From an uncultured delta proteobacterium (GTDB lineage: Bacteria; Desulfobacterota; Binatia; UBA9968): 64,000 nt of DNA. Positions 10,901 to 20,429 of the stretch are shown here, one piece after another; position 1 is the stretch's first letter, and each line of letters opens with the position of its first letter. The position numbers and the translations under genes are program-made. The notes beneath the pieces were generated by a model that had not been told where the DNA came from, did not search any database, and saw nothing but the letters and a program-made list of their open reading frames with translations. Location of the stretch: positions 64,001 to 128,000 of the forward strand of contig CAVYTU010000011.1 of NCBI GenBank assembly GCA_963771465.1. The letters run 5' to 3'.

Positions 10901-11911
10901 GAGAGCGAGACAGGCGAGCTGAAGCTCTTGCTCATGACGAAGGCGAGCAAAAAAATTGATCTTGGATTGCATGAAAATGCCGGCATCGACGGGTTTCTCA
11001 CTAAGCCAATCGGTTTGGCGCATCTGCTCGAGAGTTTGACCGTGGTGATGGGGAAGGCGGCAACCACGCAGGATTCAAATGGCGTGACTTCGCCGCTCAC
11101 CAAACCGGATTCTACCACGCAGCGGCCGCTACGGATTCTCGTGGCCGACGATAATCACATCAATCAAAAGGTCGCCGCGAGTTTGCTCGAAAATTTCGGC
11201 CATCGCGCCGACGTGGTGGCCAATGGGCACGAGGCGATCGAGGCTTACAAGCTAGTGCCTTACGATATCGTTCTGATGGACGTGCAGATGCCGGAATTGG
11301 ATGGCTTTGAAGCGAGCCGGAAGATTCGTGCGCTGGAGACAAAAAAGAACCGCCATACACCGATCATCGCAATGACTGCGCATGCCAGAAAGGAAGACAA
11401 AGAGAAATGTCTGGCGGCGGGCATGGACGATTATGTGTCGAAGCCGGTTAAACCACAGGATCTGAAAGCCGCTATTGCGCGCAGAGTCGCTGCAACGATG
11501 GTCATTCAGCAGACGATCGAGCCTCCGACAGAAGCGCCAGCGCAGGCCGACGTACTTAACTTTTCACACGCGTTGGAGTTAGTCGATGGTAACCGCGAGC
11601 TACTTTGTGAAGTGGCGCGCATCTTTCTCAACCAGTATCCGAAAGTAATCGAAGAGACCCGGCGCGCGCTGTCGCGGGAGGATTACGACACACTGACCAG
11701 CGTAGTCCATAGCTTGGTCGCATCTGTGGGACAGATCGGCGGTCAAAGGGCTTGTACCGCAGCGCGCAAGTTAGAACTTATGAGCAGCGAAGGGGACCGT
11801 TCCCAGGTTCCGGCTGCCCTCGCCGAGTTGGAAAGAGAAATCATGTGGCTCAGATCGGCGATGTCCGATCCGGCTTATTTTCGATTGCAGCCCGACGAAT
11901 CCCTCCACTGA
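7958..11911 (+). CDS. Hybrid sensor histidine kinase (TM-periplasmic-HAMP-PAS-PAS-HisKA-HATPase-REC-REC-HPt)
   Basis: H-box FLANISHEIRTPM, N-box LRQILSNLLGNALKFT, G-boxes DTGIG and GGTGLGL, two REC domains, HPt VHSL. Confidence 0.95.
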   Translation: MTVIGKITISFVIFASVSLLSMIMSFDGLNDIKRAIFRVSVVEEPISAAVYEMQIKISGSSVAVLKYLETGESEYRQQVANDKSDFEILNRKYERLATKEKQKKSGEDIGELYGEYHRIGQSLMNQKEEQENLASKIIKSIEALDEMLDDRVQYGQSPVGSDGVKKTVIAGELGGTNAAVGTWLGHFLRTSKKEYKDRIFDSAKEFRRHLEALKMFKLESREQFWVRDLEVRFNRTMSMVQAVLAIHDSLQRGQDQFLNARAKMEVLVNDDLQPSAAQNLDQSKKQADAASNYIIWIYSLLIPSFIIISIGAALLIIRSIRRPLDQLMKGTDAVSNGDLTYRLSIGGRNEFAELAENFNQMVTRLQATTVSKQVLELSDARLREVNGELVREATERKRALAQFQLLVESAPNGLLMVNSTGTIVLANTQIEKIFGYSKRELLGQPIEVLLPGSFRGPHPFRREQSFTGPESRTVGAGRELRATRKDGSEFPVEVGLNPIETSNGSHVLASVIDVSERKAAENRQHQTEERFRATIENVQDHAIFMLDPAGQVLTWNKGAERMRGYRADEIIGEPHSTFFSAEDQKSGKPDQLLNTAITVGQCEDEGWRLRKDGSKYWASTVLTPVYDRVGQLTGFATVTRDLTRHIQIEDELKQAKDAAEAANEAKSEFLANISHEIRTPMAGVIGMSGLLCEMDLTAKQREYCEIIRRSGESLLTIINEVLDFSKIESGKLEMEIIDFDLRSAVQEVVELFVRQADDKGIELINFIRPDVPTNVRGDPGRLRQILSNLLGNALKFTTTGEVVVGVDVVEQNNNSLTLRFEVNDTGIGIAKDKIDKLFNAFTQADSSITRKYGGTGLGLAICKKFVELMNGEIGVSSEAGRGSSFWFTLRLEKSPLSEPRPNHADLSGLRMLIVDDSSTNRALLESYLGSLGIHSQSTGDVSLAIDSLRAAAKSAKLPHLILLDSTLPGMNGIELARQIRRESETGELKLLLMTKASKKIDLGLHENAGIDGFLTKPIGLAHLLESLTVVMGKAATTQDSNGVTSPLTKPDSTTQRPLRILVADDNHINQKVAASLLENFGHRADVVANGHEAIEAYKLVPYDIVLMDVQMPELDGFEASRKIRALETKKNRHTPIIAMTAHARKEDKEKCLAAGMDDYVSKPVKPQDLKAAIARRVAATMVIQQTIEPPTEAPAQADVLNFSHALELVDGNRELLCEVARIFLNQYPKVIEETRRALSREDYDTLTSVVHSLVASVGQIGGQRACTAARKLELMSSEGDRSQVPAALAELEREIMWLRSAMSDPAYFRLQPDESLH

Positions 11912-11968
11912 AATTCCCTTCACAAACTATCGGTCGCCAGTTCCGGCAATCTGCCGAGCCCTCCTTGA

Positions 11969-12026
11969 CAGGCTAATTCGATCTTCATCAAAGACGGGAT
12001 AGTCCAGGCGATTGGCACCGGCTTGC
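11969..12026 (+). pseudogene. Relic fragment of a second amidohydrolase gene (paralog of 4568-4625)
   Basis: 58-nt ungapped match to 4568-4625 with 8 mismatches; QANSIFIKDGIVQAIGTGL vs QADSIFIRDGIVQAIGTGL. Confidence 0.8.
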
Positions 12027-12069
12027 GAGACGAAAGTTGGACGATATCAACTTGCTACTCTGGCTGCCC

Positions 12070-13842
12070 GGTTGAGGCGGGAAAGCTCGATCTGGAGATC
12101 ATCGATTTTGATCTGCGAAGCGCAGTGGAGGAAGTCACGACTCTGTTCACCCAGCAAGCCGCGGACAAAGGCATTGAGCTGATGAATTTTGTCCGTTACG
12201 ACGTGCCCGACAAACTCCAAGGCGACCCGGGCAGGCTGCGCCAAATCCTTTCCAACCTCGTCGGCAACGCACTTAAGTTTACGACGAAGGGCGAGGTGGT
12301 AGTTCAGGTCAACGTCATCGAGCAAAACAATACGTTCGCGACGCTTCGATTCGAGGTAATCGACACCGGGATTGGTGTTGACCGTGAAACGGTCGGTAAA
12401 CTCTTTAAGGCCTTCATTCAAGCCGATGCTTCGATTACCCGAAAGTACGGTGGGACTGGGCTCGGGCTAGCGCTATGCAAGAAATTCGTCGATCTCATGG
12501 GGGGACAAATCGATGTAACCAGTGAGGTCGGTCGGGAAGCAACTTCTGGTTCACCATTCAGTTATTTAAGAGCCAGGATGGCAGACGGACATCACCGCAG
12601 TCCCGCGCCGATCTCTCCGGCTCACGGATGCTCATCGTAGACGGTCACACGACAAGCCGCGCCGTGCTGGGTCACTACCTTCGCCATTTGGGGATTCGCG
12701 GCGAGAGCGCGGAGAATGGCCGAGTTGCGTTAGAGCGATTGCAAGCATCGCTGGACAAGGACGAGCCTTACGACCTGGCGCTGCAGGAACGAAGATACCG
12801 GGGCTGGGTGGCATCGAACTAGCTCGTACCATTAGGCAAAACCCGAGATTTGCTTCCATCAAATTATTGCATTTGACTACCGTGGGTAAGAGAGGCGATG
12901 GAGCGTTGGCGCAGCAGGCCGGAATCGACGGTTACCTAACCAAGCCACTTGGGGTATCGCAATTGCAGGAATGCCTGGCGCTCATGCTGGGGCGGAGTCC
13001 AACCATCGGTGCTTGCGGCTTCCGTAGCGGAGCGAAGGGGGCAGCATCGTCTGCGTTTCCTCGTGGCTGACGATAACCACATCAATCAAAAAGTCACCAC
13101 TAGTTTGCTTGAGAAAATGGGCCATCGAGCCGATGTTGTCGGCAATGGCAAGGAGGCGGTGGAGGCGTATAAACTAGTTCCCTATGACGTCGTGGTCTTA
13201 GATTTGTAAATGCTGGAGATGGATGGCTTTGAAGCGTGCCGGCAAATCCGGTTGCTCCAGCAAAATCGCGATCATCAAGCGATAATCGCCGTCACGGCTC
13301 ATGCCGTCAATGGATTCAAAGAAAAATGTCTGCGCGCCGGTTTCGACGACTACGTGGCGAAACCGATACTACCATTGGAATTGAAAGCGGCCATCGAAAG
13401 AACCGCAATAACGAACGACGGCTCGAATGGGTTGGCGCAATCGCCCAATCCGGCCACCCACGGCATTGTCGATGTTGCTGATGCTCTGGCTCGGCTTGAG
13501 GGAAACCAAGTACTGCTTGACGAAATCGTGCAAATATTTTTGCAACAATATCCGCGGCTCCTGGCAGAAATTCATCAATCCTTGTCATCGGCGGATTGTC
13601 ATGCTCTTACCAGCGCCGTCCATACCTTGGGATCTTCGGCGGGACAAGTCTGGGTCACCAACGCTCTTGCGATTGCTCGACGGATTGAGGGGATGGGTGA
13701 TCGGAAAGATCTCGCCAGTGTGCCGGAGACCCTCGCACAGTTGGGGGCGGAACTTGCGCTCGTGGAATCAACCTTGGCCACCATGGCTTTCGATCGACGC
13801 GCCCCGACCGGCACATCTAATATTTCGACACAGGGTACGTAG
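12070..13842 (+). pseudogene. Decayed copy of the HATPase-REC-REC-HPt half of the upstream hybrid kinase
   Basis: Colinear with about 10136-11900; no H-box or start; frameshifts near 12535, 12600, 12790 and 13010; in-frame TAA at 13207-13209 (DL*M for DVQM). Confidence 0.88.
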
Positions 13843-14197
13843 TGCGGATCGCCTCTCGCATCTCCCATGCTGGATTCGTCGTCATGAGAGCATCGATTTA
13901 CAACCCACCTTGCCACAACCATCGCGTGGTCGCGAGCCGCAATTACGAACTTCCAAAACGTTGACGAGTTTTCCATACATAACCGAAGGACGTTACTGCA
14001 GGATCGCGCCTAACTCGGCGCACACAATTACGTCAACCGAGGAATCCGGACTGAATCGATGCCCGAATGGGTTTGAGACCGTTGACCCGCAATCGACGAA
14101 AATCTAAGATTTGTCCTAGGAATTGTAAAGCTTACGGAATCCCAGTACACCATTTTGAGATCAAGACCGGACTGATGATTGTCGGCCATAGGAGTCA

Positions 14198-14593
14198 ATG
14201 ATGAAAATCGTTCACACGATGATACGAGTCAACGATCTCGCGGAAAGTTTGAAGTTCTATTGTGACGGGCTTGGCATGAAACTCTTAAAGAAAAGAGATT
14301 ATGAATCAGGCCGTTTTACCAACGTGTTTGTCGGCTATGGATCGGAAGAGACCGATGCGGTGATCGAGCTGACTTACAATTGGGACACGCATTCATACGA
14401 TCTCGGCAACGGCTTCGGCCATATCGCGCTTGGCGTGCCTGATGTTTATAAAACCTGCGATGAGTTGCGCGCCAAAGGCGTCAAGATCGTGCGCGAACCG
14501 GGTCCGATGAAACACGGCAGCGGCAGTAACGCCATCGCCTTCCTGGAAGATCCCAACGGTTACAAGATCGAGCTGACGACGCGGGCGGAGTAG
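14198..14593 (+). CDS. gloA: Lactoylglutathione lyase (glyoxalase I)
   Basis: HTMIRV, ELTYNW, GNGFGHIA, REPGPMK, EDPNGYKIEL. Confidence 0.95.
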   Translation: MMKIVHTMIRVNDLAESLKFYCDGLGMKLLKKRDYESGRFTNVFVGYGSEETDAVIELTYNWDTHSYDLGNGFGHIALGVPDVYKTCDELRAKGVKIVREPGPMKHGSGSNAIAFLEDPNGYKIELTTRAE

Positions 14594-14644
14594 CGCGTTA
14601 TGTATGGATCGATGGCCGCCGGTGGCCTGGGATCGCTCGCGTCG

Positions 14645-15373
14645 TCAGAATTTTTCATGCTCGACTTGCTCGATGGCGATGCGTTCCTTGCTAACCGTGC
14701 TCTCGGTCGCTGCCTTTTTCACGTATTTCTGGAGGCGTTCGTCGAATTGAGATTCTGTGACGATCTTTCGGCCGGTTAAAAAGTTCGTGCTTTGTTCAAC
14801 CCGCGCGCCGGTGGCTCGATCTCTGTCGGCGAGATCGACGCCAATGAGCCAAAACTTGTCCGTCCTCGAGTCGTATTTGAAACGAAAGGTTTGCTCAACA
14901 ACGTTTCTAGAGCCGCGCTCTTGCATGACGATCAAAATTCCTTTCAAGATCGTCACTTTTGCGGGTGCGTTGGTGACACCGTAGAAAGCGCCGCCGCAGG
15001 TTGAGCACTGGAGCAGTCGTTCGGTGAAAGCGGCGCGGCGCAACCGGCCGTCGTGTTGGCGCAGCAAAATTAGCAGCCCGCGCCGGCGCTCGGCGCCGCC
15101 AATCTCTTCAGCCGATGAGTTAGCCTGGCGCAGCGTGAGCGCAACGTCGGTTCGCTTGTCGCCATTCAAGTCGCCGAGACTTTGCGCTTCGATGTTCCAG
15201 CCAGGTGGAACCCATTCGCGCTGGCTTGCCACCGTCGACGGGAAGAGCGCCGTTGATGAGATCCTTTGCGGTTGAACGGCTGCGCCCGAGGATGGCGACA
15301 GGAGTGACAACACGACGATCAGCGACAAACTCGTCGTCGGTCGTAACTTGGGATGCATTACGTACAACTGCAA
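14645..15373 (-). CDS. Exported hypothetical protein with GDLNGD Ca-binding-type loop and CxxC; candidate lysozyme immunity protein
   Basis: Signal peptide, WVPPGW, GDLNGDKRTD, CSTCGG; 29 bp downstream of the GH19 gene on the same strand. Confidence 0.6.
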   Translation of the reverse strand: MQLYVMHPKLRPTTSLSLIVVLSLLSPSSGAAVQPQRISSTALFPSTVASQREWVPPGWNIEAQSLGDLNGDKRTDVALTLRQANSSAEEIGGAERRRGLLILLRQHDGRLRRAAFTERLLQCSTCGGAFYGVTNAPAKVTILKGILIVMQERGSRNVVEQTFRFKYDSRTDKFWLIGVDLADRDRATGARVEQSTNFLTGRKIVTESQFDERLQKYVKKAATESTVSKERIAIEQVEHEKF

Positions 15374-15402
15374 CTGTGAGATTTTTGCCGCGATGGCAAT
15401 TT

Positions 15403-15960
15403 CTAAGTCGTGTAGCTAATCGCGGCGTAATAACTCTTGCCGTAACCGGCAATCAAATTGGCTTTGTCCAGACCGTTGATGATCCTGCGCGCGTTCATCC
15501 AGTCATCCTTGTTGGGATTGAAATAAGTACTTAGTCTCACACCGGTGAAGGTACCTTCCATCATGCCCTGAAAGAGAATCCGCGTGGCGACTTTCAGGCC
15601 GAGAGCGAGTTCCGGACGGTTAACCAAATCGACCTTGAGTTTCTTGCCCATGGATTGGTAGTTACTTTTCCAGGTGAGTTGGACGAAACCACGACCGTAG
15701 TACGTATGACCGGTAACAGAGTCGGCGACACCGTAGGTCCGCCCCTTGCCTTTGCCGTATTCCTCGATCGGCTGCATGGTTCGATCGGTCTCGTGGTGAG
15801 TCGTCGCGAGCATGTAGGCGAGCCAGCGATCATCTTTTTTGGCGTACTTGCGTTCCCATTCGGCAAGGATGGCGTTGAAGCCGTCGACATGGCTTTGACG
15901 CAATTTGCCGTCGAATAGATGGCAGCGCACGTGGTCGAAAAAAAATTTTCGATTGATCAT
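15403..15960 (-). CDS. Glycoside hydrolase family 19 (phage-type endolysin/chitinase)
   Basis: AYMLATTHHET, YYGRGFVQLTWKSNY, ARRIING motifs; strong RBS GGAGGA. Confidence 0.88.
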   Translation of the reverse strand: MINRKFFFDHVRCHLFDGKLRQSHVDGFNAILAEWERKYAKKDDRWLAYMLATTHHETDRTMQPIEEYGKGKGRTYGVADSVTGHTYYGRGFVQLTWKSNYQSMGKKLKVDLVNRPELALGLKVATRILFQGMMEGTFTGVRLSTYFNPNKDDWMNARRIINGLDKANLIAGYGKSYYAAISYTT

Positions 15961-16053
15961 ATCATTCCTCCCCGTATGAATTTAGTCTTCGTGTCATTAC
16001 AGTGAATTGGCGCCGATGATTGACTAATTTTAATTCGTGGCTCGCTGAAAAGC

Positions 16054-16088
16054 CAGTTCCGTGAGCGCTCAATTGCGCTCCGGAACTG
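16054..16088. other. 14-bp inverted repeat with a single bulged base
   Basis: CAGTTCCG-T-GAGCGC-TCAATT-GCGCTC-CGGAACTG. Confidence 0.5.
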
Positions 16089-16496
16089 TCGAGCTATTGG
16101 CGTACAAGAGAAAAAAAATGATGGCCCGGGTCATTTTAGCTGATACCGTCGAATCTTTATTGTGGCGGAAATTATTTTTAGCTACCTTAACGTCCATGGC
16201 ACATATTTCATAGCGCAGCCCATCGTTATTCCTGCTGCGGGCCAGCCGCCAAAGATCATCGAAGAATATCTCGGCATCGTGCATGCTGGAGAATGGGTGC
16301 GATACAGTCACTCCTGTCACGGGCGATGCTGGCGGCGGAAGTCTGTGAGTTCACCCGGGCGGCGCGGAGCAAAAATTCCTGGTGTCCTGTTTTCGCGTTC
16401 AGATGACGGATTACCTTGTAAAGCGAGCTAATCTCTGGCTGGAAATAGCGCCCTTCTTCGGTTAGCGTAATAGTCTGACTCCTTGCTGGAAAATCC

Positions 16497-18549
16497 ATGA
16501 TCATGAACATTTGGTCCAATCGCCGGTTGAATCTCGCCAGTATCGGCTACCGGTTGCGGCAAAGTGGGTTGCTGGAGCCGTCGCCGGGTCCCACGAGCCG
16601 CCGCCGTATTCGGGTGTTTGGGCTGGTTTTCTTAGTTGCTGGTTGCACCAGCTTGTTCTATACCTTCATCCGTCCGGCGATCTACCGCGCCACCGCACGG
16701 CTTGAAGTCACGCCTGCGTTGGCCGCTCCCCAGAACAAAGACAAAGTTTCGATCTCGGTGGGCGAGAAAGGTTCGCAAGCTTTTCTTACCGAAGTTCAGG
16801 TGCTCACGAGCCGGCCGCTTCTGGAAAAAGTAGCCGAGCGTCTGAGCAAATCGACCAGCCTGGCGCAAGATCTCGGCGCCGATGCGGTGACGCGCATGCA
16901 GCAAATGCTCGCCGCCTCGCCGGTGGAAGGGACCAACGTCGTACTGTTGAGCGCCGAGGGCCGACAGCGTGAATTCTTGCCGGAGCTCGTTAACATGGTT
17001 GCCGAAGTCTACCGCGATCAACTCATCGAAACGTTCCAGAGCGCGACGCGCAACGCGTCGGGAGGCGCGGGTGAAGAGGTGCGCGTCTTGGCCAAAAAAA
17101 TAGCCGAGAAACGCGAAGTCGTGGAAGCTTATCGCTTGCTCCACAACATCGTATCGCTGGAGCGAGATGAGAATCAGGTGTTGTCGGGTTTGAAAGGTTT
17201 GGGCACGTCGCTCAATGCCGCCAATGACCGGGCGGCGAGCGCGGAAGGAAAGCTTCAAGCGATAAAAAGCTCCATGGCAGCAGGCAAGTCCGTGGTGCGC
17301 GCTAAGGATAACCCAACGATCGCCAACATGGAGCAGCGTGCCTCACAGATCAAAGAGGAGCTGCGCGATCTCGAACGGCGCTTCACGCCTCAATACATGG
17401 CTAAAGACCCGCAAATCAAATCAATGCGAGCGCGGCTGGAAAACCTCGATCAGCAGATTAAAGCTGAGCGCCAGGCGAGCCAAAAGGCCGCTTTAGATGA
17501 AGCTCAAGAAGAACTCATGAGCGCGCGCGAGGCGATCAATCGGCTACGCCAACAGCTAACGAACGACAAGCAATCGGCGCAGGCTTTTACCTCGCGTTTT
17601 AACGAATACAAGTCGATGCAGAGAGGAGTTGAACCAGTTGGAAAGCGCCCATCGTGCCGCGCAAGAGCGTTTGGCCAATCTCGAGGCGAGCGCGCGAACG
17701 CGCAGGCCACAGTTACAAATTCTCGAGGCGGCGACAGTGCCGCTCGAGCCGTCGAGCCCACACTATCTGCGCGACGCCGGCATCAGCGTGGTCGGCTCGC
17801 TAGTGCTCGCGTTTATGGCCGCGTTGCTGGCCGATTTTTTCTACCGCGGCGAGCCCCAGCCGGCCATGGTAATGACGCAACCCTGGATATCTGTGCCGTT
17901 CTCCCGTGAGATCGACGTGACGCAAGCGCAGGCGCTGCCGAGAGCACCGGTCAACGCGTTGCCGCCGGCGCAACCGGCGCCGCGGGAGCTTTCCCAGGAG
18001 GAACTCTCGGCACTGCTCACCGCCGGTACCGACGACGGTCGAATAGCGGTCGCGGGTTTGCTGATAGGTCTCACGTGTGATGAATTGATAAAACTCTGTT
18101 GGCACCATGTTGACCTCGATGGCGGTAAAATTCATGTCGCTGGAGATTCGCAGCGCAACTTGGCAGTGAATGAAACATTGGCCCATTTTCTGAATTCCGT
18201 CCGCGGTGATGCCAACCAACCGGAGACCACCGTCCTCAGCGACGGACAGGGCAAACCATTCACGGTCGACGATGTCAGAACTTTGATCGTCTACACGTCA
18301 CTCGATGCCGGGATTGAGCACGCGCAGGAGATCACGCCTCAAGCCATTCGCTACAGCTACCTCGCGTTTCTTTTGAGCCAGGGCGTTCGCTTCGCCGATA
18401 TTGGTAGAATCGTCGGACGGCTTACCACCGACGAGATGGCGGCGTGCGCTGGGTTGGTCTCACCACAATTGCAACATGTGCCGCTGGAGCAGGTCGAACG
18501 AATCGTGCCTGCGCTGCGCGATTTCAAGTTTGCGGAACGCGCCATCTGA
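16497..18549 (+). CDS. Wzz/GumC-like polysaccharide co-polymerase-type membrane protein fused to a degenerate tyrosine-recombinase catalytic domain (about 683 aa; 1-nt insertion near 17621)
   Basis: TM1, then PAIYRATARLEV and EVQVLTSRPLLEKVAERL (Wzz), long coiled coil, ILEAATVPLEPSSP-TM2, then integrase box I/II-like sequence from about 17983; ATGCAG-A-GAGGAGTTG joins the two ORFs. Confidence 0.8.
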
Positions 18550-18588
18550 GTTAGCGATCAAGCCGAATTGCACTTCGGAAGTGTTTGA

Positions 18589-19017
18589 TTATTGTTCATT
18601 TCTCTGTCGAAGGACGATATTCGTTGCCGATTCGACGCAGATCAAACGCATCACACCAGGTTTGTCGTTGGCGAATGGACAGACAGTGAATTCGGCGAAT
18701 AGCTCGTCGTCAAGACTGCCGAGTCGTGCGCGGACGTGGGGCGGAATATTGTCGATATCAGGGTGAGCGAAACGGCCTTCAGAGATGCCGAGCAAGCGAG
18801 TCGTTCCTACCGGCCAGATTCTCAAGCTCGGTGTCCCGTTATAGATCGATAGTCGTCCGCGCAGCTTGAAGCATGGACCGGAGAGTTGCGGATGCTCCTT
18901 GCAGGATTTTATCCTGATCGATTCCCCAGCCTGGCACAGACCATAAATTACCAAAAAGACCGCCAGGTTTACGGCACCGAAACTCATCAGTCGATAAACT
19001 CCCGCCTGATGTTTCAT
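18589..19017 (-). CDS. Exported Cys-containing hypothetical protein
   Basis: ATG at 19017, 8 bp after the DUF456 stop; hydrophobic signal and 4 mature-domain Cys (GPCFKLRGRL...VCPF...ICVESA). Confidence 0.6.
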   Translation of the reverse strand: MKHQAGVYRLMSFGAVNLAVFLVIYGLCQAGESIRIKSCKEHPQLSGPCFKLRGRLSIYNGTPSLRIWPVGTTRLLGISEGRFAHPDIDNIPPHVRARLGSLDDELFAEFTVCPFANDKPGVMRLICVESATNIVLRQRNEQ

Positions 19018-19025
19018 GGCCCGGT

Positions 19026-19511
19026 TCAAAAAAATCGCACCACAGCGAAGATGCCGAGCATGGTTAACGCCAGGGCGATCTTGAGCGCGGCGCCGAGGAC
19101 GAGGCCGATCGTGGCGCCCATGCCGGCGCGAGCGGCCTGTTGGAGATTCCTGCGCGCCGAAAGCTCGCCGATGACGGCGCCGATGAATGGGCCGAAGATG
19201 ACGCCTGGAAGACCAATAAAAATGCCAGCGATGGCGCCGAGCAGCGCGCCGATGATCGCGCGCTTGGAAGCGCCGAATTTTTTCGCGCCAAACATGGTCG
19301 CCCAAAAATCGACGCCGTAAGTGAAGAGCGCCAAAATTGCCAACGCAATGATCGTCCATATCCCGACGTAGCTGAATCCCTCGGCCCACGCCGCTAAGAG
19401 CAGGCCGGCAAAAATTAGCGGCGCGCCGGGAATTGCGGGTAGCACCAGCCCGACTAGACCAATCACGACCAGCGCGGTGGCGCCGACCCAGTAAAACAGA
19501 AGACCTTCCAT
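19026..19511 (-). CDS. DUF456 family membrane protein
   Basis: GLVLPAIPGAPLIFAG, GAKKFGASK, GPFIGAVIGEL. Confidence 0.88.
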   Translation of the reverse strand: MEGLLFYWVGATALVVIGLVGLVLPAIPGAPLIFAGLLLAAWAEGFSYVGIWTIIALAILALFTYGVDFWATMFGAKKFGASKRAIIGALLGAIAGIFIGLPGVIFGPFIGAVIGELSARRNLQQAARAGMGATIGLVLGAALKIALALTMLGIFAVVRFF

Positions 19512-19544
19512 GTCGTTGCGCCGCTATATCGGCGGCCTTGTCTG

Positions 19545-20339
19545 CTAACGCGCTTTGCGTCGCTTAAGCCTATGGATTTTTCTGTGCTGAAAGTCGCTGG
19601 GGTTTGGCAGTAGGGGTGTCATTTCTCTTTGGGTGAGGCGGAGCGCGATAATCTTGTAGACCTCCGGCGAGAAACCGAAACCGAAATGGGTCGTTTTGAC
19701 TTCGATATGCTCGACATTGGGAGTTTCTCTATCGATACAGGCTTCCCAGGCGACTACCGCGTCGGCTCGGGAATAGATCGCGATGACGGGAATTTCCAGG
19801 ACGGCGAGCTGATTGCGCAACTCGACTTCGGCGGCGATGGCCTCGATGTCGATGCCGCGCTTGCGATAGGATGCAGCGACGACAGTGTATTTCGGCCCGC
19901 CGATCACCGGCGTGCCGAGGGTGATGACCTGGCGGACCAGATCGGGACGTTCGCGCGCGAGCTCGCGGGCCAGGTAACCGCCGAAGCTCCAACCGATGAT
20001 CGTGACCTTTTGATTGGTGCGCCGTGAGAAAGAGCCGAGCCGCTTGAGGACGCGCGGCAACAGCTCGGTGACCGCGCCGATGTTTCTTCCCAAACCCCAA
20101 CCACGGGCGCGATAGCCGAGCAGCCGGAGATATATTTTGAGGATCGTCGTGGAGCCGTCGCCGGCGCCGTAGCCTGGCAGGATCAATACGGGATGCTGCG
20201 TGCCGCGCGGCTGCAACGCCAGCTGCGGCAAGCGGACAAGCAGCTTGGCCAACTCCATCACACCGAGCAGTTCTCGTATTAAGCCCGAGGAGTTTGGCGG
20301 TTGAAAACTGTCAACTATGGGGTTGTTCAAATGAGTCAC
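19545..20339 (-). CDS. Alpha/beta hydrolase (esterase/lipase family)
   Basis: PVLILPGY, nucleophile GWSFGG, ITLGTP, YSRADAVV, HFG. Confidence 0.9.
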   Translation of the reverse strand: MTHLNNPIVDSFQPPNSSGLIRELLGVMELAKLLVRLPQLALQPRGTQHPVLILPGYGAGDGSTTILKIYLRLLGYRARGWGLGRNIGAVTELLPRVLKRLGSFSRRTNQKVTIIGWSFGGYLARELARERPDLVRQVITLGTPVIGGPKYTVVAASYRKRGIDIEAIAAEVELRNQLAVLEIPVIAIYSRADAVVAWEACIDRETPNVEHIEVKTTHFGFGFSPEVYKIIALRLTQREMTPLLPNPSDFQHRKIHRLKRRKAR

Positions 20340-20429
20340 AGGTAATCAGAAAATCCCCGCTAGTTTACAGTGGCTGCGAGGTAAAGAGAAGAGCAAAGCG
20401 TCACAGTGCTAACGCCGCCGTCGCGGATA

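Noticed and set aside
15403-15960. Prophage lysis module
   Set aside because: No holin, spanin, structural or replication genes nearby
17983-18549. Active integrase, IntI or mobile-element boundary
   Set aside because: The catalytic Tyr, first Arg and both His are missing; there is no core-binding domain or IntI insertion; it is 35 kb from the attC; no att direct repeats or tRNA were found
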